From a bacterium (GTDB taxonomy: Bacteria; Hydrothermota; UBA3073; JACQXS01; JAQTXJ01): a stretch of DNA of 62,015 nt. Shown here piece after piece: positions 51,568 through 60,800 of the stretch; the first letter of the stretch is position 1; each line of letters opens with the position of its first letter. The notes under the pieces are model-generated. The model was not told where the DNA came from, did no database searches, and was given only the letters and a program-made list of their open reading frames with translations. Location: positions 1 through 62,015 of the forward strand of contig JAQTXJ010000003.1 in assembly GCA_028688815.1 (NCBI GenBank), given 5' to 3'. The translations under genes were made by a program, and so were the position numbers.

Positions 51568-52686
51568 ATGAAATTAAAGAATTTAGTTTTGCTTGTAATT
51601 ATTATACCAATGGTTATGCTTTGTGGTTGTTCTTTTTATTATTATTTGTATTTCATAGAAGACAATTATTTAAAAGAGACATACAAGAAAGAAACACCTT
51701 CATTTAAATACGAATTAACAGGAAAGTATTATCATTCTTATTCTGGAGAAGGTCTAAAAAATCTTGTTTTTCGCTGCACAATAGAAAACAAAACTGCAGG
51801 AACTTTGTTCTGGAATATAGATGAGTCAAGATTGGTTTCCGATAAATACATCTTTAAGCCGGTAGAAAGTTTTATTCACACGAATAAGAAGTATTATACT
51901 AATAAACTTATACCCTTAGAAATAAAACCTTATGAAAAAAAAGAAGTGTCGTTTATTTTTTATAACGACGTTTCTGTCTTTTGCAGTAATTTGCCTGGTA
52001 CTGACAGTTGGGCATTTGATTATGAATATACAGAGATAATGGGACTAAAAGATGATTATTTTGACTCTCTTGAACAAATTCCGAATAATAATAAAATGAA
52101 ATGGAAACAAGGGTTAAAATTTGAAATGGGGAGCATAGGTGCAGGCAGGGACTCATTTTGGGCGGAATCGCCGTATTGTGTGCCGGCAGAAGCTTTATCA
52201 AAAACATACAATCTGAAACCTCGAACATTAGGGGTGCTCTGTTGTGATTTTTTAAGCTGGACATGGACGTTTCTTCCTACGTATAAACAATTTAACTTAT
52301 ATAGACTTATAACAGGTTTCGGTCTGCTTGGATTAGGTGGCGGAACTTCTCTGTTAGAGTATAATTGGTTTATTGACGGCAAGGAAAAGAAAACTTATTT
52401 TCCTGTTTATTTTTATGCCGTTCCTTTAGTATTTTCTTTGAACGACGCAGATATTCCTATTTATCTTTATATCGGGGGCACTAAATGGGCGTATAGGAAT
52501 CGGGATTATCTAAAAGCTGCGATTGGGACATCTTTCCCTTTGGGCGGGGTGGAGCTAGGCGCAATAAGAACGGATGAGTCAAAAGAATGGGGAGAATATG
52601 TTGGGCTTACAATGTCTTTGGGGTTGTGGAAGAAGGGGGCAACTTTTGATGGGATTAAAATGCCGAAAGAAAAAGAAAAAAAATGA
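51568..52686 (+). CDS. hypothetical lipoprotein
   Basis: Lipobox-like LLVIIIPMVMLCGCS. No other motif recognised. Confidence 0.5.
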   Translation: MKLKNLVLLVIIIPMVMLCGCSFYYYLYFIEDNYLKETYKKETPSFKYELTGKYYHSYSGEGLKNLVFRCTIENKTAGTLFWNIDESRLVSDKYIFKPVESFIHTNKKYYTNKLIPLEIKPYEKKEVSFIFYNDVSVFCSNLPGTDSWAFDYEYTEIMGLKDDYFDSLEQIPNNNKMKWKQGLKFEMGSIGAGRDSFWAESPYCVPAEALSKTYNLKPRTLGVLCCDFLSWTWTFLPTYKQFNLYRLITGFGLLGLGGGTSLLEYNWFIDGKEKKTYFPVYFYAVPLVFSLNDADIPIYLYIGGTKWAYRNRDYLKAAIGTSFPLGGVELGAIRTDESKEWGEYVGLTMSLGLWKKGATFDGIKMPKEKEKK

Positions 52687-52781
52687 AAGTATATAAGATT
52701 TTAATCATTCTGCTAATCTTCGCCCCTATTTTATATTAATTTTTTGTTGCCTGTTTTCCATTCTATCTTTTATTCTTTTTT

Positions 52782-52801
52782 TAATTCGTGCTAATTCGTG
52801 T
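52782..52801 (+). promoter_or_regulatory. 10-nt direct repeat TAATTCGTGC / TAATTCGTGT
   Basis: Read directly. A degenerate third copy CATTCGTAG lies at 52822-52830. Confidence 0.5.
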
Positions 52802-52802
52802 C

Positions 52803-52821
52803 CCTGCCTACCGCAGGCAGG
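52803..52821. repeat. GC-rich hairpin CCTGCCT-ACCGC-AGGCAGG
   Basis: Perfect 7-bp inverted repeat directly after the 10-nt repeats. Confidence 0.7.
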
Positions 52822-52965
52822 CATTCGTAGATGAAATTTCTGTTCTTTTTCTATGTGTTCTCTATATGAGTTAATCTTCCTTTTGTTTTCCGTGTTCGGG
52901 GCGGTTAATCTTTTTGTTATCTGTGTTCACCTGCCTGTCCTAATTTTCTTTGTTCTTTAAAGTAG

Positions 52966-52994
52966 TTGACGCATAAGATTTAATATGCTATATA
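52966..52994 (+). promoter_or_regulatory. promoter TTGACG-17nt-TATATA, 8 nt from ATG 53003 (leaderless-type)
   Basis: TTGACG 52966-52971, TATATA 52989-52994. The first listed ATG (52985) lies inside the spacer. Confidence 0.45.
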
Positions 52995-53002
52995 AAATAA
53001 AT

Positions 53003-53722
53003 ATGATAGGAAGTATTATTTTTGTAATATTTTTAAGTATACAAGATATTGATTCTGCGGTTGCCCTTTATAAGACACGGCATATTAGAGCAGAGAACCT
53101 AAAAGAAAGCGCAGAAATCTTACAAAATATATTAAGTAGCGATTCGAATAATTTACAAGCAAATTATGAATTATCAAAGGTTTATTCCCTTTTAGGCGAT
53201 GACGCAAAGACAAAAGAAGGGAAAGTCTTATTTTATAATAAAGGCGTTGAGTATAGTAAGAAAGCAATAGGAATAAATGACAATTCCGAATGGGCGCATT
53301 TATGGTATATGGCAAATACGGGAAAACTTGGGCAACTAAAAGGTATCCTTAATGCTGTAAATATTATTCCGGAAATAAAAAAAGAAATAGAAAAGATATT
53401 GCAAATTAATCCCAATTCCGTAGAAGCCCTTGACGCAAGAGCAGCGTTATATTATGAACTGCCCGGTTTTCTTGGCGGGAATTTGAATAAATCAATGGAA
53501 GATTTAAATAAAGCCATTTTGATAGATTCTAATAATACGACTCTTTTGGTTGATATTGGAAAAGTTTATATAAAGAAAAAAGATTACAAAAAAGCAAGTC
53601 TATATTTACAAAAAGTTATTGATATGCTTAATCCGATAGATGAAGCAGGATATATTCTTTCTGATAAACCCAATGCCATTAAATTGCTAAATAAAATACC
53701 GACAGGGATAGGAGGTAAATAG
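53003..53722 (+). CDS. TPR-repeat protein
   Basis: TPR-like helices (ANYELSKVYSLLGDDAK, MEDLNKAILIDSNN, VDIGKVYIKKKDYKKASLYLQKVIDM). N-terminal hydrophobic segment. The alternative start 52985 is judged less likely because of the promoter position. Confidence 0.65.
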   Translation: MIGSIIFVIFLSIQDIDSAVALYKTRHIRAENLKESAEILQNILSSDSNNLQANYELSKVYSLLGDDAKTKEGKVLFYNKGVEYSKKAIGINDNSEWAHLWYMANTGKLGQLKGILNAVNIIPEIKKEIEKILQINPNSVEALDARAALYYELPGFLGGNLNKSMEDLNKAILIDSNNTTLLVDIGKVYIKKKDYKKASLYLQKVIDMLNPIDEAGYILSDKPNAIKLLNKIPTGIGGK

Positions 53723-53905
53723 CGCAGGGAACAGAATATATTCTGTCTGCTTTTCTCTCTATGTTTTTGTGCAATTTCGCGCCTTTGTGTTTTAAGCCCT
53801 TTGACAATAAGTCATTAGGCATTCCTATCCCGTGGACGAATTTTTTATTTTCCATTTTTTGTAATATGCGAAAATCTCGCGGCTTTATCTTTTCCTTTTT
53901 TCCTC

Positions 53906-53934
53906 TTGACTTTTTTAATATTTACTCTTAAAAG
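53906..53934 (+). promoter_or_regulatory. promoter TTGACT-17nt-TAAAAG, 9 nt from ATG 53944 (near-leaderless)
   Basis: TTGACT 53906-53911, TAAAAG 53929-53934. No SD. Confidence 0.4.
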
Positions 53935-53943
53935 ATATATATT

Positions 53944-55071
53944 ATGGCACATGTTTATACTCCGGGACTAAAAGTTGCATCCAATACCAAAGTTCGTAAA
54001 GAACGCAGGCTTCCTCTAAAAGGAGAAGTAATCGTAACCATAGGAACAAAGGTAACTGCAGAAACGATGGTTGCGCGGACAGAATTGCCCGGTGACGTAA
54101 ATCCCCTTAATATAGGTGGACTTTTAGGCGTTCCTCCCGAAGACATTGAGCATTATCTTATGAAACATCCTGGCGACTCCTTAACAAAGGGAGAGCCAAT
54201 TGCTCAAACCAAAGGATTATTTGGTTTCATGAAAACAACAATAAATTCTCCTATAGATGGCACATTTGAAAGTCTGTCTAAAATTACCGGTCAGGCAATT
54301 TTAAGACAGCCGCCAACTCTCGTTGCAATAAATGCATATATAGATGGTATCGTAACAGAAATACTTGAAAGCGAAGGCGTAATAATTGATACTGTAGGCG
54401 CATTTATCCAGGGAATATTCGGCATAGGTGGGGAAACAGTAGGGATATTAAAAAAAGCAGTAACTAATCCCACGGATGTATTAACGGCTCAAGACATTTC
54501 TCCTGCCGACAAGGATAAGATTCTCATTGCAGGCTCGTATGTAACTTGCGAAACAATGAAAAAGGCAGTAGAGTGTGGATGTAAGGGAATTATAGTCGGA
54601 GGCATAGGAGACCAGGAATTAAAAGAATTCTTAGGATACGATATTGGTGTGGCAATAACCGGAACAGAAAAAAAAGGATTAACGCTGATTGTTACGGAAG
54701 GATTTGGTCCGATGCAGATGGCAAAGAGGACTTTTGAATTACTTTGTTCTTTTGATGGGAGAAGAGCTTCCATAAACGGAGCAACCCAGATTCGTGCAGG
54801 AGTGTTAAGACCGGAAGTAATAATTCCTTTAAGTGAAGATGAGAAAGATATAAAAGCAGTAAAAGAAATAGAAATAAAAGGTGTGGATATCGGGACAAGG
54901 GTACGAATAATCAGAGAGCCTTATTTCGGGAAATTAGGGAAAGTAAAGAGTTTGCCTTCCGAATTGCGACAAATAGAAACGGGTACAAAAGTACGAACAT
55001 TTGAAATAACGTTAGACGATGGAACAGATGCTATTTTGCCTCGCGCAAACGTTGAAATGATAGAAGAATAA
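53944..55071 (+). CDS. conserved hypothetical protein (two barrel-sandwich-like N-terminal segments)
   Basis: A clean 375-aa ORF. KGEVIVTIGTKVTAETMVARTELPG and KGEPIAQTKGLFGFMKTTINSPIDGTFESL resemble lipoyl/hybrid-barrel hairpins. The function is not recognised. Confidence 0.55.
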   Translation: MAHVYTPGLKVASNTKVRKERRLPLKGEVIVTIGTKVTAETMVARTELPGDVNPLNIGGLLGVPPEDIEHYLMKHPGDSLTKGEPIAQTKGLFGFMKTTINSPIDGTFESLSKITGQAILRQPPTLVAINAYIDGIVTEILESEGVIIDTVGAFIQGIFGIGGETVGILKKAVTNPTDVLTAQDISPADKDKILIAGSYVTCETMKKAVECGCKGIIVGGIGDQELKEFLGYDIGVAITGTEKKGLTLIVTEGFGPMQMAKRTFELLCSFDGRRASINGATQIRAGVLRPEVIIPLSEDEKDIKAVKEIEIKGVDIGTRVRIIREPYFGKLGKVKSLPSELRQIETGTKVRTFEITLDDGTDAILPRANVEMIEE

Positions 55072-55089
55072 TTTTTGTAATCCTCAAAT

Positions 55090-56385
55090 ATGATAGAAAG
55101 ATATACCACAAAAGAATTCAAAAATTTCTGGACGGAAGAATACAAATACAAAAAATGGCTGGAAGTTGAACTTGCAGTTTTGGATGCGTATGTAAAACTT
55201 GGGAAAATACCTTCTAACGTTGTAAGCGCGATAAAAAAGAAAGCAAAAATCAACATTCAAAGAATTAACGAATTGGAACTAATCACTCAACACGACCTTA
55301 TTGCTTTTCTTGAAAGCCTCAAAGAAAGCGTAGGCACGGATGCCAAATGGATACATATGGGGTTAACCTCTTACGACATAGAAGATACTGCGCTTGCTTT
55401 ATTACTTAAAGAATCAGGAGAAATTATCCTGAAAGAACTCGAAAGTTTATTAGATGCCATAAAGAAGAGAGCAAAAGAAGAAAAATATACCCTTATCGCA
55501 GGCAGGACTCATGGGATTCAGGCAGAGCCAATTTCAGTCGGTCTAAAGTTTCTTGTTTGGTATGATGAAGCGTTAAGAAACAAACGGAGGCTTTTATCCG
55601 CAATAGAAACAATATCCTATGGCAAAATTTCGGGCGCTTGCGGGAACTATCCTCATATAACGCCTGAACTTGAGAGGCTTGTATGTAAAAACTTAGGATT
55701 AAAACCCGCGCCTATTTCAACCCAGATTATTCAAAGGGATAACCATGCAGAATTTATTCTTGCTCTTGCGATGATAGCAACTTCCTGTGAGAAAACGGCT
55801 CAGGAAATAAGGCATCTCCAGCGGACAGAAATACATGAATTGGAAGAACCTTTTGGAAGTGGACAAAAGGGGTCATCTGCAATGCCTCACAAAAAGAATC
55901 CTGTGATTTGTGAAAGAATATGTGGGTTAGCAAGAGTAATACGTTCTAACTCAATGGCGGCGATGCAAAACATACCGCTGTGGGGAGAACGAGATATTTC
56001 AAATTCATCTTCTGAACGAATAATTATTCCAGACTCAATTATGCTTACTCATTATATGTTAAGAAAAACAAAAGATGTAATATCGGGATTAAAAATTATA
56101 AACAAAAATTTAGAAAAGAATTTGGAACTTACAAGAGGACAAATATTTTCAGGAAGAATATTGAAAGAGTTCCTTGCAAAAGGAATAGAACGTGAAACGG
56201 CATACAAAATCGTCCAGAGTTCGGCATTCATGGCTGAAGCAGAAAACAAGCATTTAAGAGACATTCTTTTAGAAGATAAACTTGTAAAAAAGACATTTTC
56301 CGCAAAAGCAGTTACGGATTTTTTCAACCCCAAGTATTACCTGCGATGGGTGGATTATATATTTGATGCGGTTTTTAAACAATAA
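55090..56385 (+). CDS. purB: adenylosuccinate lyase
   Basis: MIERYTTKEFKNFWTEEYKYKKWLEVELAV and the fumarate-lyase signature GSSAMPHKKNP. Confidence 0.92.
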   Translation: MIERYTTKEFKNFWTEEYKYKKWLEVELAVLDAYVKLGKIPSNVVSAIKKKAKINIQRINELELITQHDLIAFLESLKESVGTDAKWIHMGLTSYDIEDTALALLLKESGEIILKELESLLDAIKKRAKEEKYTLIAGRTHGIQAEPISVGLKFLVWYDEALRNKRRLLSAIETISYGKISGACGNYPHITPELERLVCKNLGLKPAPISTQIIQRDNHAEFILALAMIATSCEKTAQEIRHLQRTEIHELEEPFGSGQKGSSAMPHKKNPVICERICGLARVIRSNSMAAMQNIPLWGERDISNSSSERIIIPDSIMLTHYMLRKTKDVISGLKIINKNLEKNLELTRGQIFSGRILKEFLAKGIERETAYKIVQSSAFMAEAENKHLRDILLEDKLVKKTFSAKAVTDFFNPKYYLRWVDYIFDAVFKQ

Positions 56386-56648
56386 CTTTACTGTCCAGCC
56401 TTATTCCGCGTACTTATAACTCAAGTTCCCAGTTTGCAAATCTGTAGATTGTAACACAAGCATCTTGCTTGTGAGTAGCGTTAAAAAACTTCTTTATATC
56501 TACTGCTATAGTCTCACATCTTTTAGGAGTTTATTTCTTGTTTCCTAAATTGGTTTTCAGATTTCTTGTCCGAGGGATACTCCTTACCTTTACAAATAAA
56601 GAACCCAGAGGATAAGAAGTAAAAACTATATCACTCTGGGTTGTTGTG

Positions 56649-56921
56649 TTATTTGACTCTGCCTTTTAATTCTGAGCCAGTTCTGAATCTGACTACTCTT
56701 CTTGCAGGAATGTTAAGGGCTTTGCCATTCTGTGGATTTCTCCCCTTTCTGGCTGCTCTCTTTCTTACATCCCAGCTACCAAAGCCGACGAGTGTAACTC
56801 TTTCTCCCTTTTTCAATGCATCTGATACGCCTGCCATAAACTCATTTAGCGCTACTTCTGCTGAACTCTGGGAAATTTCGGCCTTTTTTGCCATTCTGGC
56901 AACAAGGTCTGATTTATTCAT
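56649..56921 (-). CDS. hup: HU-family DNA-binding protein
   Basis: MNKSDLVARMAKKAEISQSSAEVALNEFM...GFGSWDVRKRAARKGRNPQNGKALNIPARRVVRFRTG. AAGGAGGTG lies 7 nt upstream of ATG 56921. The listed start at 56981 has no support. Confidence 0.9.
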   Translation of the reverse strand: MNKSDLVARMAKKAEISQSSAEVALNEFMAGVSDALKKGERVTLVGFGSWDVRKRAARKGRNPQNGKALNIPARRVVRFRTGSELKGRVK

Positions 56922-57179
56922 TTGTGAATCACCTCCTTTATTAACTATCTCGAGCTTTAGCACATCTAAAACCTTTGTCAAGCATTATTTTTAATTTTTT
57001 TTATTTTTATTTTCCAGAGGATACAATAGATTAGAGACAATATTGGCTGTAACTCCTTGACAAATAATAACTTAACTCTAAAGACGCGACAGTAAGGATT
57101 TTTGGGCGTATAGTAGTATTTTAAAATAAAATTTTATTAAAAAGTTGCAAAATAGATTTTAAATTGTATTTTATATCAA

Positions 57180-57689
57180 ATGCGAAAAATAAATAAAAAC
57201 AGTTTTTGGCTCTGGGGTGGAATAGCTGTTGCCGTATTGTTCTGGCTTTTTATTGCGATTCAAGCAGGAATTCAATCAGGCAAGCATTGGCATTTTATTA
57301 AAAGAACAGTTACTGTAGATACTTTAATAACAAAGGATTCCATTATTATTCCTGTTTCAATGAAAGAAATTTTGCTTGGATATCCTATACTCTCAACGGA
57401 AGGAGTTTTGTTGCATTTTAAAGTTGAAAAAACTGAAATAAATTTCGTAAGGAATGAACAAAATATATATGTTAATGGATTGCTTATTATGTCCGAAGAA
57501 AAAGAAGTAATAACCGATTTTGTAAAACAAGTTTTGGAAAAAAGTTCGGATAAGTCTTGTTTCTTTGTTACGAAAGGGATTTCACAGGGTGAGGAAAAAG
57601 AATGGATAGATTTTTTAATTGATAATGGAGTAAGACAAATACTAATTCCCAGAGTTTTACCAGAACAAAACGATAAACAAATTAGTTGA
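57180..57689 (+). CDS. hypothetical membrane-anchored protein
   Basis: One N-terminal TM helix (FWLWGGIAVAVLFWLFIAIQAG). The C-terminal alpha/beta region loosely resembles ExbD/TolR; this is not secure. Confidence 0.4.
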   Translation: MRKINKNSFWLWGGIAVAVLFWLFIAIQAGIQSGKHWHFIKRTVTVDTLITKDSIIIPVSMKEILLGYPILSTEGVLLHFKVEKTEINFVRNEQNIYVNGLLIMSEEKEVITDFVKQVLEKSSDKSCFFVTKGISQGEEKEWIDFLIDNGVRQILIPRVLPEQNDKQIS

Positions 57690-57693
57690 AAGT

Positions 57694-58116
57694 TTAATTT
57701 TCAGTTTTAGGCGTATTTGTTGCGATAGGTGTTCTCGGTACAGGAGTGCTTTTTACATATACATAATCAATTTTTAAATTATGTCTGTCAAAAGCAGCTA
57801 ATTCAAATTCTTTATTCATTCCCATAGCATCAGTTGGACAGGAATCCACACACTGTGCGCAATGTACACAACGGTCATTGTGAATTGTCATCTTGAATTT
57901 TTTTTCTGTCTCTGATACAGGAACGATTTCAATCGCTTCTGCAGGGCAATCTCGAACACAAGCTTTGCATACAATACATTTCTCAGGATATAGAACGGGC
58001 GTTCCTCTGAACCCTTCGGGGGCGACTAACTTTTGAAAAGGGTAATCAACCGTAGCGGTTTTTCTAAATAAATGTTTTAATAACTCCGGTAAAAAAGCAA
58101 GTATTTGTATTTTCAT
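57694..58116 (-). CDS. group-4 hydrogenase 2x[4Fe-4S] ferredoxin subunit (NuoI/MbhN/EchF-like)
   Basis: CIVCKACVRDCP and CVHCAQCVDSCP. ATG 58116 (MKIQILAF) overlaps the upstream TGA (ATGA). Confidence 0.85.
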   Translation of the reverse strand: MKIQILAFLPELLKHLFRKTATVDYPFQKLVAPEGFRGTPVLYPEKCIVCKACVRDCPAEAIEIVPVSETEKKFKMTIHNDRCVHCAQCVDSCPTDAMGMNKEFELAAFDRHNLKIDYVYVKSTPVPRTPIATNTPKTEN

Positions 58117-59081
58117 CTTAGAAATCCTTTTAAGATTATAATGATAAATATTTGAAGTACGGCTAACGGTGCTAAATAACGCCAACTAAAACTTACCATC
58201 TGGTCTATACGAATTCTTGAACATGCTGCTCTCATTGCAGATAATAAGAAAATAACAATCATTGTCTTTATGACAAAATTCAATAGTCCCCACCATAATC
58301 CCCCGGGGAAACCTGCCATAAAAACAGTAGCGATAAGTCCTGCCCCTACAACCATTTCTATGTCCGACAACAACCTGAAGAAAGCCAATTTCTTGCCTGA
58401 ATATTCTGTAAAAACTCCTCCAACGATTTCTGTCTCTGCATGAGGTATGTCAAATGGAACTCTTTCAAGTTTTGCCTGTAAAGTGATAACGGCAATACAA
58501 AAGCCGAGTATATTAGCCAACAACAGGAAGGGATTAGCCTGATAAAAAGCTGCTATTTCAGATAAACGCCATGAATCAGCCAAAATTGCAGGACTTAAAA
58601 GCGCAAGTAATAAAGGCACTTCATATCCAAAAAGCATTGTCAGAACACGCACTGCGCCTATCGTAGCAAAAAAGTTAGTTGAATGCCATCCTGCAAGAAA
58701 GAAAATCAAAGTTGGCAAGCTCAACAAGAAAGCAACTACTATCAAATCTCCCGGGAAAGAATTAAAAGAAACCTTTGTGGAATAATGCCATACCGGTAAA
58801 TATAAAGCTGCAGTGCACACAATCGCAAGTCCGAATACAGGCAATGCGGAGAATATTGATTTATCAGCTTTTTCGGGAACGATGTCTTCCTTAAATAAAA
58901 GTTTGATTATATCTGCTATTGGCTGCAAAATTCCGGATTGTCCTGTATGCAGAGGTCCCATACGATTCTGGAATCTTGCGTAAAGTTTTCTGTCAAACCA
59001 TTCGCAAAAAGTAGAATAGATTAATAAAAATAATAATCCCGGATATACAAAAAGATATAACAAAGTTTTTAAGATATCCAT
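58113..59081 (-). CDS. group-4 hydrogenase membrane subunit (NuoH/MbhM/EchB-like)
   Basis: EWFDRKLYARFQNRMGPLHTGQSGILQPIADIIKLLFKEDIVP and about 8 TM segments. Confidence 0.85.
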   Translation of the reverse strand: MDILKTLLYLFVYPGLLFLLIYSTFCEWFDRKLYARFQNRMGPLHTGQSGILQPIADIIKLLFKEDIVPEKADKSIFSALPVFGLAIVCTAALYLPVWHYSTKVSFNSFPGDLIVVAFLLSLPTLIFFLAGWHSTNFFATIGAVRVLTMLFGYEVPLLLALLSPAILADSWRLSEIAAFYQANPFLLLANILGFCIAVITLQAKLERVPFDIPHAETEIVGGVFTEYSGKKLAFFRLLSDIEMVVGAGLIATVFMAGFPGGLWWGLLNFVIKTMIVIFLLSAMRAACSRIRIDQMVSFSWRYLAPLAVLQIFIIIILKGFLR

Positions 59082-59083
59082 AA

Positions 59084-60319
59084 TTAACTCTTTCTTCTGA
59101 TTTTTTCTAGCTGTTTGGCTATACTAACCGGTTCCGGTTTATTCCCACATTTTTTATATTGTTCCGAAGCTAATTTTTTTAAATCGCTAAAACTTACTAT
59201 ATTTGCTTCACCATTTTTGTCATTAACAAGTTCTACCATTCTTTCTGCGCAACATATGCAAGGATCAATAGCCGCAAATATTAAAGGTATATCCGCAATA
59301 AAACATCCTTTTAACATCTCAACCGTAGCGGGATAGTTTGCTAAAGTTGGGGCTCTGACTTTTAATCTTTCCGGTTTATCCGTGCCGTTGCTTTTTATGT
59401 AATGAAGATTTTCTCCGCGAGGGGCTTCGTATCTACTAACAACTTCATTCTCTTTTACTCTTCTCGGAGCTTTTACTGCTATGTCGCCTGCCGGTAAATT
59501 TTTAAGCATAAACTCTATCATTTTATAACATTCAAATAATTCGTTAACTCTTACTACAACTCTGCCCAATACGTCTCCTGTATCAGCAGTGCATACTTCA
59601 AAAGGAAGTTCGTTATAGACTGCATAAGGGTCATCTTTACGAACATCGCTCTTTATGCCGGAGGCGCGTACAGTAGGTCCTACCGCACATAAAGAAAGTG
59701 CCAGTTCTTTTGACAACTTGCCGACGCCTTTAATTCTTGCGACAAAAGTCGGCTCTGTCGTTCCTATATTAGCATAATAGTCTGTTCTTTGTTTTAATAA
59801 ACTCAACGAATCAAGAATTGTTTGTTTTTGTGTTTCCGATATATCTCTTCTTACTCCACCAAAAGTATTTATTGCATAGTGAACACGATTTCCGGAAATG
59901 CTTTCAAGAATATCCATAACTATTTCACGGTCTCTCCATGTGTACATAAAGAAGGTATCAAATCCTGCTTCGTGACCTGCAACACCAAGCCACAACAAAT
60001 GACTATGAACTCTTTCGATTTCTGCAACTAACGTTCGTATATATAAGCCCCTCTTCGGAGGTTCTATTTCCATAAGTTTTTCAACACCCTGGGCGAAACA
60101 AGTCGTGTGGGAATGCGAACATATTCCGCAAATTCTTTCCGTAAGATATAAATTTTGTATATAAGATCTTTCTTCCGCCATTTTTTCCATTCCACGATGA
60201 TTATATCCAAGACGAACATCAACATGTTTTACCACTTCCCCGTCAAAAGTCATACGCAAACTTATTGGTTCTTTAAGAGCAGGATGTTGTGGTCCAATAG
60301 GAACGGTAAATTCTTCCAT
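59084..60319 (-). CDS. group-4 [NiFe]-hydrogenase large subunit (NuoD/MbhL/EchE/HycE-like)
   Basis: Both Ni-Fe ligand pairs are present: N-terminal RICGICSHSH and C-terminal DPCICCAER. A 51-aa tail follows the last motif. Confidence 0.9.
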   Translation of the reverse strand: MEEFTVPIGPQHPALKEPISLRMTFDGEVVKHVDVRLGYNHRGMEKMAEERSYIQNLYLTERICGICSHSHTTCFAQGVEKLMEIEPPKRGLYIRTLVAEIERVHSHLLWLGVAGHEAGFDTFFMYTWRDREIVMDILESISGNRVHYAINTFGGVRRDISETQKQTILDSLSLLKQRTDYYANIGTTEPTFVARIKGVGKLSKELALSLCAVGPTVRASGIKSDVRKDDPYAVYNELPFEVCTADTGDVLGRVVVRVNELFECYKMIEFMLKNLPAGDIAVKAPRRVKENEVVSRYEAPRGENLHYIKSNGTDKPERLKVRAPTLANYPATVEMLKGCFIADIPLIFAAIDPCICCAERMVELVNDKNGEANIVSFSDLKKLASEQYKKCGNKPEPVSIAKQLEKIRRKS

Positions 60320-60795
60320 TATTTCCCCCCCGGAATGGTTTCTCCCGGCCTTTCATATTTCCAGTCTTTACGAAGCGGATATGCGCCTTCCGGCCAATCG
60401 TCAGGTGTTATAAGAGGTCTCGGATCCGGTATGTTTTCTACTTTTATTCCGAACATATCCTGAATTTCTCTTTCGTACAGGATTGCGCCCGGGATTACGC
60501 CAGTTACGGTACTTACTATAGGGTTTTCCCGTGAAATCGCAACTCTGATATTAATTACATTAGTGTCATCCGCAAAATGATATAACAATTCAAAAGAGTC
60601 GGTTTTATCCAATCCCGTAATAGTTATAAGATAAGTAAATCCTAATTTTTCTTTTATCGTACTGATTGCTTCGCACAAGTTATTTTTATCTACTTTTAAA
60701 AATATTCGCCTTGGAGAAGGATTTGTTATTTCCAATACTTTATCTTTTAAGTTTTCTTTTATCGTAGTAATAATCTTTTCTTCGTTCATTTTCAC
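60319..60795 (-). CDS. group-4 hydrogenase NuoC/MbhK/EchD-like subunit
   Basis: YEREIQDMFGI motif. The stop shares 1 nt with the large-subunit ATG (TAATG). Confidence 0.85.
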   Translation of the reverse strand: MKMNEEKIITTIKENLKDKVLEITNPSPRRIFLKVDKNNLCEAISTIKEKLGFTYLITITGLDKTDSFELLYHFADDTNVINIRVAISRENPIVSTVTGVIPGAILYEREIQDMFGIKVENIPDPRPLITPDDWPEGAYPLRKDWKYERPGETIPGGK

Positions 60796-60800
60796 CTCAA

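Noticed and set aside
52985-53002. First ATG of the TPR-protein ORF as the start codon
   Set aside because: It lies inside the 17-nt spacer of the best promoter (TTGACG 52966 / TATATA 52989). The in-frame ATG at 53003 is preferred, but this is unverified.
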